A stretch of DNA of 64,000 nucleotides. Origin: an uncultured delta proteobacterium (GTDB lineage: Bacteria > Desulfobacterota > Binatia > DP-6). Of this stretch, positions 41,628-50,243 are shown one piece after another. The stretch lies in NCBI GenBank assembly GCA_963815115.1, contig CAWFFN010000009.1:512001-576000 (forward strand). The letters are read 5' to 3'. The notes below the pieces were generated by a model, which was not told the DNA's origin, searched no databases, and worked only from the letters and a program-made list of their open reading frames with translations. The position numbers and the translations under genes are program-made. The number at the start of each line of letters is the position of its first letter. Positions within the stretch are counted from its first letter, which is position 1.

Positions 41628-41643
41628 AGCAAGGTGCATGCCG
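41628..41643 (-). promoter_or_regulatory. Sigma54 (-24/-12) promoter for the ORF and amtB
   Basis: CGGCATG-CACC-TTGCT with exact GG-N10-GC spacing. Confidence 0.7.
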
Positions 41644-41778
41644 CGTGGTGACCGCGAGCTTCGGCGGGTTCTTCCTGCAGGCTGCCGCCCTCGGAGGCAG
41701 GGTGCTGTCCCTGAAGGCAGCGCGACGCGTGTGGCTGAGTCAGGCCGAACACCGGGATTCTCGGGGCCTTGGTCGGTG

Positions 41779-43209
41779 CTACCCGCCGTCGAGCAGCGCG
41801 AGCGCCGCATGCGCCGCGGCCCGTCCGGCCCACGCACCGATGTCGACGACGGCCGCCGGCGACTCGATCGTCGAGCCGGCGAGGAGAAGCCCGCGAATGC
41901 CGGGAACCTCGAGCCCGTGACGCCGCACCGGCGCCCAGGCCCAGCTCATCGACTGCGGTGCGGCGACGTGCTGGTGCGCGCTCCACGCCAGGCATTCGTC
42001 GAGGTCGGCGTAGTAGCGGCGGAGATACGCCACGGCTTCGTCGACGCGGGCGCGCGCCGCGGGCCACGACTCGACGGCAGCCGTCCCGTCACCGAGAAAC
42101 CGCGCGATCACCAGGTGCAGGAGGTGGTGGCCTTCCGGCGCCGAGCGTCGGCTGGAGAGCGATGGGATGTGCCAGCCGCCGTGGTAGCGCCGCTCCGGGC
42201 CGCGCAGGATGCGGTTCCAGCCCGCGTGATCCTCCGGCCGGCTGGTGGCGCACACCAGCGGGAGGCGCGTGAGCCCCGCCACCCAGCCGACCAGGTCGGC
42301 GCGGTGCGCGACGAGCGCGCGCGCCGACGCGACCAGCTCCGCGGGCAGCACCCCCCCGACGACCAGGTCGAGGTTCTCCCACAGCGGGTACGTGCTCACC
42401 ACCACGGGCGCGCGAACCTCGCGCACCAGGTTGGCGCGATCCACCGCAACCGCGCCGCGCACGGCGCCGTCCTCGACGAGGATATCCACCGGCTTCCAGC
42501 CCAGCGCGATCTCGCCGCCGTTCGCGCGCACGGCGCGGGCGAACGGCTCGACGACGCCCTGCATGCCGCCGACCTCGTCGTCGTCGGCAAGGAACGGACC
42601 GGTCCGCGCCCGCTGCAGGAACTCCATCAGCCGGCCGACCGACGCCTCCTCGGGGCGCGGGTGGAAGATCACGGTGGCGAGCAGGAGGAGCGCACGGCGC
42701 ACGCCGGGATGCGCGACATGGGCGGCGCTCCAGTCGCCGAGGGTCCGCGGGATCGCGGCCTCCACCTCCGCCGGCGACGCGCCGCCGAGCCGCTCGAGCG
42801 TCGCTCCAAGCTCGGCGACACCGTCGGGGGGACACTCGAAGAGATCGCGGGCGATCGCGAGAAATCTCTCCCCGCTCCAGTCGCCCGCGTCGATGACGGT
42901 GTCGTCCGGAATGCGGTGCACGCGCAGCGCGTGCGCGACGCGACGGAGCGTCACCCTCACCCCGGCCTCGCGCGCCACCTCGACACCATGCTGCCACGGG
43001 AACTGGCAATCGCCGACGTCGTGTCCGTCGCGGTGGCCGAAGTCGATCCAGTAGCCGTCCGCCGTCCGCACCGAGCCGCCGCGGCCGCCGACGGTGTCCG
43101 CGTGCTCCAGCACGACCACGCGCTTGCCGCGCCGGGCGAGGAGCGCCGCCGCCACCAGGCCGGCCAGGGCCGAGCCGACGATGACGGCGTCCGCGCTGGT
43201 CTCCGGCAC
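41779..43209 (-). CDS. Phytoene desaturase-like FAD-dependent oxidoreductase
   Basis: IVGSALAGL..AA.LA..G..V.VLE....VGGR and GGMQG; C-terminal I.GLLLAG. Confidence 0.85.
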   Translation of the reverse strand: MPETSADAVIVGSALAGLVAAALLARRGKRVVVLEHADTVGGRGGSVRTADGYWIDFGHRDGHDVGDCQFPWQHGVEVAREAGVRVTLRRVAHALRVHRIPDDTVIDAGDWSGERFLAIARDLFECPPDGVAELGATLERLGGASPAEVEAAIPRTLGDWSAAHVAHPGVRRALLLLATVIFHPRPEEASVGRLMEFLQRARTGPFLADDDEVGGMQGVVEPFARAVRANGGEIALGWKPVDILVEDGAVRGAVAVDRANLVREVRAPVVVSTYPLWENLDLVVGGVLPAELVASARALVAHRADLVGWVAGLTRLPLVCATSRPEDHAGWNRILRGPERRYHGGWHIPSLSSRRSAPEGHHLLHLVIARFLGDGTAAVESWPAARARVDEAVAYLRRYYADLDECLAWSAHQHVAAPQSMSWAWAPVRRHGLEVPGIRGLLLAGSTIESPAAVVDIGAWAGRAAAHAALALLDGG

Positions 43210-43514
43210 TAGGAGAGCGACCCGAGACTTCGTCTCGGGTCGAAAGCGGAGGCGAGCGTGTCACCTCGGGTGGATCGGGCGAACGCCGTGCCGTGGCCGG
43301 CGAAGCCGGCGCGGCAAAACGTGGCATGCCCCAGGCTCCGTTCCAATCCGTCCTGACCGGCCCACAGGCATGCCGTTCTCAACTCCGGAGTCGCACTCCG
43401 GACCGTTTGCCGCGGCGGCTTCGCCGCTCGCGGCACGACGAACGCACTGTTCATCGAGTGTGAGTCTCGCCTTCCGTCTCGACCCGAGACGAAGGTCTCG
43501 GGTCGTTCTCCTAG
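43209..43514. repeat. 306-bp CTAG-bounded imperfect palindromic element (MITE/REPIN-like or structured RNA)
   Basis: ~48-bp terminal inverted repeats, each containing CGACCCGAGAC..GTCTCGGGTCG, plus an inner inverted pair 43287-43318/43406-43437. Confidence 0.75.
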
Positions 43515-44212
43515 CTCAGGTACGCGTCGAAGCCACGCTGCATGCCGGACAGCGCGATCACCGTCCAGCGGAACGCGTGCCGCACGAGCGTCTGCTGCTG
43601 CGGAGTCTGCACGAACGGCGCCAGCGCGCGCTCCGCGTTGTCGCCGTGCTCCTCCTCCGCCTCCACGTGGATGCGATAGAACTCGAGCGTCGGCTCGGGG
43701 ATGCCCTGACGCTTGAGACCCTGGTAGATCAGCGCGGCGCCGTTCGGGCGTCCCGGGACCTGGAGCTCGAGGCCGAGGCCGAAGCTGCCGAGCCCTTCCT
43801 CGAACGACGAGCGGCAGAAGGCGCCGAGGACGCTGGCGGCGCCGATGGTGGACGCCAGGGGAAGATGCTCCTTCGCGTCGACCTCGGTGATCCCCAGGCC
43901 GTTCAGCAATTGTAGATAGAGATCACGGTGGTCAGCCTCGCGCAGGAACCCGAGCTCGCCGGCGAGATTCCGCGCCACCAGGCGAGCGCTCTCGCGCTCG
44001 ACCACGGTGGGCGCGTGCGACAGCCAGGCCGTGAGGGCGGGGATGCCGGGCTGGATGAAGTGGTACATGTCCTTGGCCCACAGGAGGAGCAGGTCGCGCG
44101 GCAGCTCGCCGCGAACGAGCGCGGCGAAGAAGCGTCCCGCGCCCGGCTGAGCCTGCTTGAAGGCGATGCACTCGTCCAGGAACTCGCGCGCAGTGGGCAT
44201 GTGCTCAGGCAT
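43511..44212 (-). CDS. Heme-oxygenase-like superfamily protein (PqqC/TenA/CADD-like)
   Basis: NLAGELG....DH..LY, ELQVP and FYRIHVEAEEEHG metal-ligand pattern. Confidence 0.8.
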   Translation of the reverse strand: MPEHMPTAREFLDECIAFKQAQPGAGRFFAALVRGELPRDLLLLWAKDMYHFIQPGIPALTAWLSHAPTVVERESARLVARNLAGELGFLREADHRDLYLQLLNGLGITEVDAKEHLPLASTIGAASVLGAFCRSSFEEGLGSFGLGLELQVPGRPNGAALIYQGLKRQGIPEPTLEFYRIHVEAEEEHGDNAERALAPFVQTPQQQTLVRHAFRWTVIALSGMQRGFDAYLS

Positions 44213-44348
44213 TTTGCGCTTCTACCGCCGTTCCGGTGTGTGCGACAAGAGGCGATGCGATCCGCGACTCCCGACCGAACCGCGTTGCAGACCTGCTCGA
44301 ACAGCGCAGTACCGCGAGCCGTCACGATGTCATTTTCCCTTGCGCCGC

Positions 44349-44364
44349 GGGCATGCGCCTTGCT
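44349..44364 (+). promoter_or_regulatory. Sigma54 promoter
   Basis: GGGCATG-CGCC-TTGCT; ATG follows at 44375. Confidence 0.65.
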
Positions 44365-44374
44365 CCTCTCCACG

Positions 44375-46546
44375 ATGCTTCAGCTCGATCGTGGCCGTTT
44401 CGTGCTCGCCGCCCTGTTGCTCGGAGGGTCGGTCTCCGCGGCGTTCGGCGCTCCCTGCGCAGGCACCGGAACCAAGCTCTGCGCGGACGGCGCGGGCGAC
44501 TGCACCATCTCCGTGGACTGCAGCGTCCAGTCGGGGCTGATTCTCGACCTCGGCAGCCGCAAGCTCGTCGTGGCGGCGAGCAAGACGCTCACGATCCTGG
44601 ACCAGGGCGTTCTCTTCGTCACCGCGAACGGCGTCGTGCTCCAGCCCGGGGCGAAGATCGTGGCCGGCGGCGACGGAACCGGGACGCAGGTCGTCGTGCT
44701 GACCTCGTCCACCGATCTCACGCTCGCAGACGGCTCGCTGATCGACGTCAGCTCGGCCGCCGGCGGAGGCAACGTCGAGCTCTATGCCAACGCCGGTGCG
44801 GCGAACGTCACCGGTGTGATCAGGGGGAACCACGGCACGGGACGCGATTCCGACGGCGGCACGGTCACGATCGAGGCGTCGGGCGACGTCAGCATCGCGG
44901 GCGCGAGCCAGGCAGCGATCGACGTCACGGGCGGAGACCGCGATGGTGGCGGAGGCATCGTGACCGTGGTGTCCGACAACGGAAAGGTCACCATCGCCGC
45001 TCCCATCGATGCGCACGGCGGCGGGTTCGACGGCGGCGACGTCGAGTTCGACGCCGGCACCGACGTGATCACCACCGCGGCGGCCTCGATCCAGATCGAG
45101 GCCGAGGGACCGGGCGGCAGCGGCGGCAGCCTCGACGTCAGCGCGAACGGCTCCATCACGCTGGGCGGGAACGTCGTCGGCACGCCCCAGGGCGACGAGG
45201 ACAACGGGACGGGCCTCGGCGGCGACGTCGACCTCGAAGCGGGGTCGGGGAACATCGCCGTCACCGCGATCGTGGACATGAGTGGCGCGGAGCCGGACGG
45301 CGACGGCGGCACGTTCACCGCAGCGACCGACGGCGACGTGACGATCTCGGGCAAGATCTCCGTCTCGACGCCGGGGGATGCGAGCGGCGGCGACGTGACG
45401 GTGGCGGCCGGAGGTGCGGCCACTGTGTCCAGCCCGGTCGACTCCAGCGGACCGTTCTTCGGTGGCACGGCAGACATCTCCGCCGGCACCCTGGCGAAGC
45501 TCACGGGCAGCGGCATGCTGAAGGTGGACGGTGGCACCCTTCCCAACGGCTTCTCCGGCGAGGTGTCGGTCCAGGGATGCAGCGTGCAGCTCGACCCCGG
45601 CACCACCATCTCCGCGCTCGGACCCGGGACGATCGCGCCGGCGGCGAGCAACCTGATCCAGGCCAGCAGCTCGATGATCATCGGGGGGACGCTCAAGGCG
45701 GGCGCGCTGAACGAGCTCGACTATCGCGACGATCCAGGGATCATCCACGTGCTGCCTGGCGCTGTGATCACGCCGAAGGAGGTGCGGGTGCAGATCCCGG
45801 CGCTGCCCTGCTGCGGCGCGGCGTGCGCCACGACCACCACGACGAGCACCTCGACGACGAGCACGACCTCGACCGCTCCGGCAACGACCACGACCACCGC
45901 GACGACCCCGGCGACGACGAGCACGACGATCGTCGTGGTCACGACGACCACCACGACGGTTCCGACGACCACCAGCACCACCACGATCGTGGTGACGACG
46001 ACCACCACGACGACGTCATCGACGACCACCTCGACCACGACGTCGTCCACCACGGCGGCTCCGACGACGTCCACCGCTCCCGAGACCTCGACCACCTCGA
46101 GCACGGTCGCGAGCACCACGACCTCCACCGCGCCCGCCTCCACCACCACGACCGTCACGACGGCGTCTCCCACGACGACCACGCAGCCCGCGCCTGCCTG
46201 CTCCGGCGAGGCGAACGGCGTCGCCGGCGCGTCGTGCTGGGTGCAGCAGCTGAGCACGACCCTGCAGACGACCTCGCCGGACGAGCTCGGCGGGGCGCGC
46301 ACCAGCAAGCGGCTGGGCGCGCTCGTCCGGAACGCGACCCAGTACCTCGACTCCGCCGATCGCGGCGTGAAGGTGAAGGCCAATCTCCGGCGGGCGCACC
46401 GCAAGCTGAAGGCCTTCGAACACGTCGTGCAGCAGGCGATGAAGCGCAAGCGCGGTCCGCTCGATCCGCAGATCGGTCAGCTCATCCTCGGTGCGGTGAC
46501 CGGGGCCGACTCGGAGATAGATGTGGCCGTGGCGAGCGGCCAGTAG
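44375..46546 (+). CDS. Secreted Gly-rich beta-helix-like repeat protein with long Thr-rich stalk and basic helical C-terminal domain
   Basis: Signal peptide; GG.V.I.A.G.V repeats; ~120-aa Thr-rich tract. Confidence 0.8.
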   Translation: MLQLDRGRFVLAALLLGGSVSAAFGAPCAGTGTKLCADGAGDCTISVDCSVQSGLILDLGSRKLVVAASKTLTILDQGVLFVTANGVVLQPGAKIVAGGDGTGTQVVVLTSSTDLTLADGSLIDVSSAAGGGNVELYANAGAANVTGVIRGNHGTGRDSDGGTVTIEASGDVSIAGASQAAIDVTGGDRDGGGGIVTVVSDNGKVTIAAPIDAHGGGFDGGDVEFDAGTDVITTAAASIQIEAEGPGGSGGSLDVSANGSITLGGNVVGTPQGDEDNGTGLGGDVDLEAGSGNIAVTAIVDMSGAEPDGDGGTFTAATDGDVTISGKISVSTPGDASGGDVTVAAGGAATVSSPVDSSGPFFGGTADISAGTLAKLTGSGMLKVDGGTLPNGFSGEVSVQGCSVQLDPGTTISALGPGTIAPAASNLIQASSSMIIGGTLKAGALNELDYRDDPGIIHVLPGAVITPKEVRVQIPALPCCGAACATTTTTSTSTTSTTSTAPATTTTTATTPATTSTTIVVVTTTTTTVPTTTSTTTIVVTTTTTTTSSTTTSTTTSSTTAAPTTSTAPETSTTSSTVASTTTSTAPASTTTTVTTASPTTTTQPAPACSGEANGVAGASCWVQQLSTTLQTTSPDELGGARTSKRLGALVRNATQYLDSADRGVKVKANLRRAHRKLKAFEHVVQQAMKRKRGPLDPQIGQLILGAVTGADSEIDVAVASGQ

Positions 46547-46682
46547 CAAGCGTTCGCGGCGTGCTGCCCGAAGGTCGCGGTCGGTGCTGCCCCAACGTCG
46601 GGGCGGCACGCAACCGTGCGCGATCTCTGCACTCCCGCGAGAGAAGAGGTGTGGGGACGCCCGTCTCCGTGGACACATGCGC

Positions 46683-46698
46683 GGGCATGCGCGTTGCT
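46683..46698 (+). promoter_or_regulatory. Sigma54 promoter
   Basis: GGGCATG-CGCG-TTGCT; ATG follows at 46710. Confidence 0.65.
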
Positions 46699-46709
46699 GC
46701 CTCGGCGCG

Positions 46710-48743
46710 ATGATGCTCGCGCGGCACCTGGCGACCATCGGGGGAGTCGTCGCCGTCTGCCTCGCCCTCGGCGCCACCGGCGCTCGGGCGCAGTGCGACT
46801 TGAGCCAGCTCTGCGCCGCTCCGGCCGCCGGCGACCCCTGCGTCATCTCGGCGAACCACACGGTGCCCGGTGATCGGCCAGGTTGTACGCTCGATCTGGG
46901 TGGCCGGGGACTGGTCATCAAGGCGGACAAGACGCTGACGGTCGGCAGCGGCCTCGGTGGGCTCACCATCCGCGCTCGCACCATCCTGCTCGAGGCGAAC
47001 GCGCAGATCGTGGCCAACGGATTGCCCGTGGCGGGCTTCGGTACCCTCGGTGGACTCGTCGGGCTCGTCGCCGACGATACCATCACGCTCCAGAACCTCG
47101 GCACGAAGCGGGCCCGGGTCTCGGTCGCCGGCACCAGCGGCCAGCTCGTTCTCCAGGCTGGCAACGACATCGGCCTGGGCGGATCGCTCGAGGCGCAGGC
47201 CACCGACTCCGATGGAAACGGCGGCGACATCATGGTCACCTCGCTCCAGGGCAACATCACGGTCTCGGGCGCTGGCATCCGTGCGGACGGCGGCAACGAT
47301 GCGGAGAACGGCGCCTCGGGCGGCACCATCGATCTCGAAGCGCACGGCAACGTGACCATCGACGCGCCGATCGACGATTCCGACGGCGACTGTGGCGATG
47401 CCTGCGGGACCGACGTGACCGCGGAGACGGGCGACGTGACGGTGACGGCCAACGGCAGCATAGACGTCAGCGGTAGCGGGAGCATCGCATCGGGTGGCGA
47501 CGTCCAGATCATGGCGGCAGGCGCGGTACGGCTCTCCGGGCCGATTCTCGGCACCGCCACCGGCACCAACGGCGATGACGGCGAAGGTGGCATCGGCGGT
47601 GGGCTCTCCATCTCGGCCGGATCGAGCGTCATGCTCGCGGCGCAAGTGGCTCTCTCCGGCCACAGTCTCGACGGCGACGGCGGTGACGTCGACGTCGAGG
47701 CCGGTGGCGACATCACGCTGGCCGCCAGCGGCTCGCTGCTCGTGCCGACCTCCGGACTGGGAGGAGGTGGCAACGTGCTCGCCAGGTCCGGCGGAAATGC
47801 CACGATGACCGGTCCCGTCGATGCGCGCGGTGACGAGTTCGGCGGCACGATCGAGATCGACGCGGCCGGCGCGGTCACGATCTCCGGGGCCCTCCGTGCC
47901 GACTCGCGCGCCCCGACCGCGGAGAACGGGGGGACGGGCGGCACGATCCTCATCCAGGCGTGCACCATCTCCGCGCCGGCCGGCGCCATCATCTCGAGCG
48001 TGGGACCGGGCCCCGCGCCCGACAATGCGACCAACCACCTGGTGGCCTCGGGGCACATGACGCTCGGATGCGACCTGCACGCCGGCACGGACGGCGACGA
48101 GCCGCACAACGTCCTGGAGGCGCCGAGCAACGCCGGCATCGTCTTCCTCGCCTCCATCGATCCGCTGCCGCCACCGTTCCTGGTCGAGAACCCGGACCTT
48201 CCCTGCTGCGAGGGTTGCAGCACGACCACCACCACCAGCACCGCGACGACGACCACGCTCAGGACGCCGCCGACCACCGCGCCGGGTGGCGCGACGACGA
48301 CCACGACCACCGCGCCGGGTGGCGCGACGACGACGGCGCCCGGCGCGACCACGACCACCAGCGGCCCGGGCACTCCCCCGACGACCCAGGGCCCGAGCGA
48401 CTGCACCGAGCAGGCACTGGTCGGATTCGACGCCCTCGCCTGCCGGCTCGGGACGATCCGGCTCGATCTCGACGCCCTCCCGGTCGAAGCGCTCGGGGGC
48501 AAGAAGATCGGGCGGCAGCTCACCGCCAGCCTCGACAGATCGACGCGCGCCATGCAGGACGCCCAGCAGGGCAAGAAGGTGACCGCCAGCCTGCGCCGCG
48601 CGAGGAAGCAGCTGAGGGCGTTCGTGCGCGCGCTCGACCGCGCACAGCGCAAGGGCATGCCGCCGGACGAGTGGTCCCGCCTCCAGAGCCTCGCCAGCGA
48701 GGCCATGGCCGAGGTCGACGGCTTGCGCGCGAGCGCGCGCTGA
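46710..48743 (+). CDS. Paralog of the preceding secreted repeat protein
   Basis: Shares C.IS, LDLG.R.LV....KTLT, DGG.V repeats, LPCC..C.TTTT and the C-terminal domain. Confidence 0.8.
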   Translation: MMLARHLATIGGVVAVCLALGATGARAQCDLSQLCAAPAAGDPCVISANHTVPGDRPGCTLDLGGRGLVIKADKTLTVGSGLGGLTIRARTILLEANAQIVANGLPVAGFGTLGGLVGLVADDTITLQNLGTKRARVSVAGTSGQLVLQAGNDIGLGGSLEAQATDSDGNGGDIMVTSLQGNITVSGAGIRADGGNDAENGASGGTIDLEAHGNVTIDAPIDDSDGDCGDACGTDVTAETGDVTVTANGSIDVSGSGSIASGGDVQIMAAGAVRLSGPILGTATGTNGDDGEGGIGGGLSISAGSSVMLAAQVALSGHSLDGDGGDVDVEAGGDITLAASGSLLVPTSGLGGGGNVLARSGGNATMTGPVDARGDEFGGTIEIDAAGAVTISGALRADSRAPTAENGGTGGTILIQACTISAPAGAIISSVGPGPAPDNATNHLVASGHMTLGCDLHAGTDGDEPHNVLEAPSNAGIVFLASIDPLPPPFLVENPDLPCCEGCSTTTTTSTATTTTLRTPPTTAPGGATTTTTTAPGGATTTAPGATTTTSGPGTPPTTQGPSDCTEQALVGFDALACRLGTIRLDLDALPVEALGGKKIGRQLTASLDRSTRAMQDAQQGKKVTASLRRARKQLRAFVRALDRAQRKGMPPDEWSRLQSLASEAMAEVDGLRASAR

Positions 48744-48881
48744 CCGGAACGGTCGGCGCCGCAACCTTCAACCACATGGCAGGCCCGCAACGTGGCGGCG
48801 GCAACGCTGCGCCGCTGCACGATGCCCTCGAACGAAGGGCACGTAGATAGCTGAATTCCCTGACGCTGGCCGAGCTTGCCG

Positions 48882-48897
48882 CGGCACGTCCGTTGCT
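48882..48897 (+). promoter_or_regulatory. Sigma54 promoter
   Basis: CGGCACG-TCCG-TTGCT; GTG at 48909 and ATG at 48912. Confidence 0.7.
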
Positions 48898-48911
48898 CGA
48901 CCAGCGCCGTG

Positions 48912-50189
48912 ATGGGGAGCTTCAGAGCGCTGGGCCTTGCCCTGGCGCCCGCGATCCTGCTGGCCGTGGGAGCGCTGCCGGCGCGCGCCGACGACGGCCT
49001 CACCTTCTTCCTCCAGGGAGACCCCGGCAGCTTGACGCTGTCGAGCGTCCCGTCCAACCAGGCAGATGCCCGGGAGCTGCCGGCACGCGACAACACGGTG
49101 AAGAGCGGCGACGTCCTGTCGCTCGGCGTGTTTCTCGGCCCGGTCGCGACCCAGCCCCGGAAGATTCCCGTCGGACCCGGTCTGGCCACGATGTATCTCG
49201 CCTCGGGGACGAGCGGGATGAACGGTTGCGCGGAGGTGGCGGTCGCGCTCTTCCGCCAGCAGCCGGGCGGGGCGCGCGTGGTGCTGGCGGCCACCACGAT
49301 CGGGAGGGTTTCCCTGGTCGGGAAGCGTAGCACCATGGCTCCGATCCAGGTCGGGTTGACGGTGCAAGGCACGCCCGCCGTCCGCACGCTGGCTCCCGGC
49401 GAGCGGATCGGCTTCCAGGTCAGCGTTGCCAACCGCTGTACGGAGGGCGCGCACGCCGTGAGCCTGCTCTACGACGCCACGACCAACCAGAGCCAGGTCG
49501 GGCTCGTCGACAACTGTCCCGGCGTTGCGAACCCCGACCAGCTCGACGACGACGACGACACCCGCGGCAACGCCTGCGACGACTGCCCGACGGTTCCCAA
49601 CGCCAACCAGCGCGACTTCGACGCCGATGGCCTCGGCGATGCCTGCGACAACTGCCCGACGGCGCCGAATCCCGACCAGGCCAACGTCGACGGCGACCGG
49701 GTCGGCGATGCGTGCGACATCTGTCCGGCCGACGCCGGCGAGCCGAACGATCCCACGGGCTGTCCCTGCCAGAAGCTCAGCTGCGACGACGGCAACGCCT
49801 GCACCACCGATGTCTGCGTCGCCGGCGCCGGATGCCAGCACACCGACGCGGTGTCGCTCGACGCGGTGCGCTGTCGCCTCGCCGGCTTCAGGGACGCGGT
49901 GGGTCGCGCCTCGTCGAGCCAGCTCGATCCGAAGCTCCTCGGCAAGCACGGCAAGCTGTCGCGACTTCTCGGACGCTGCGACCGGGCGATCGACGCGCTC
50001 GTCACCGCGAAACGGCGTGGGGTCAAGCGGCGCATCGACAAGCGGTTCGACATCCTCGAGAACGTTCTCCAGCGCCTGATCCTCCAGGTCGACAGGGGAT
50101 TTGGCGAGGGACTCGTGCAGCAGTCCGAGCGCGACGAGCTCCTGCATCTCGCGACCGAGGCCGCCAGCGCAGCCCGCAGCGCGCGCTAG
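48912..50189 (+). CDS. Secreted protein with thrombospondin type-3 repeats
   Basis: Signal peptide; three DNCP...NPDQ.D.D.D..GDACD repeats; [12 protein letters not shown]. Confidence 0.85.
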   Translation: MGSFRALGLALAPAILLAVGALPARADDGLTFFLQGDPGSLTLSSVPSNQADARELPARDNTVKSGDVLSLGVFLGPVATQPRKIPVGPGLATMYLASGTSGMNGCAEVAVALFRQQPGGARVVLAATTIGRVSLVGKRSTMAPIQVGLTVQGTPAVRTLAPGERIGFQVSVANRCTEGAHAVSLLYDATTNQSQVGLVDNCPGVANPDQLDDDDDTRGNACDDCPTVPNANQRDFDADGLGDACDNCPTAPNPDQANVDGDRVGDACDICPADAGEPNDPTGCPCQKLSCDDGNACTTDVCVAGAGCQHTDAVSLDAVRCRLAGFRDAVGRASSSQLDPKLLGKHGKLSRLLGRCDRAIDALVTAKRRGVKRRIDKRFDILENVLQRLILQVDRGFGEGLVQQSERDELLHLATEAASAARSAR

Positions 50190-50243
50190 CTTCCGCCCGA
50201 ACGTCTGGCATCCCCGCGGGGCGTTCTCTATACAGTCGCCCGG

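Noticed and set aside
43322-43337. Sigma54-like TGGCATG-CCCC-AGGCT
   Set aside because: Poor -12 element, lies inside the palindromic element, and no plus-strand gene follows.
45820-46190. ACC/ACG tandem repeats as CRISPR or VNTR
   Set aside because: They encode Thr-rich linkers; there is no constant repeat-spacer structure and no cas gene.
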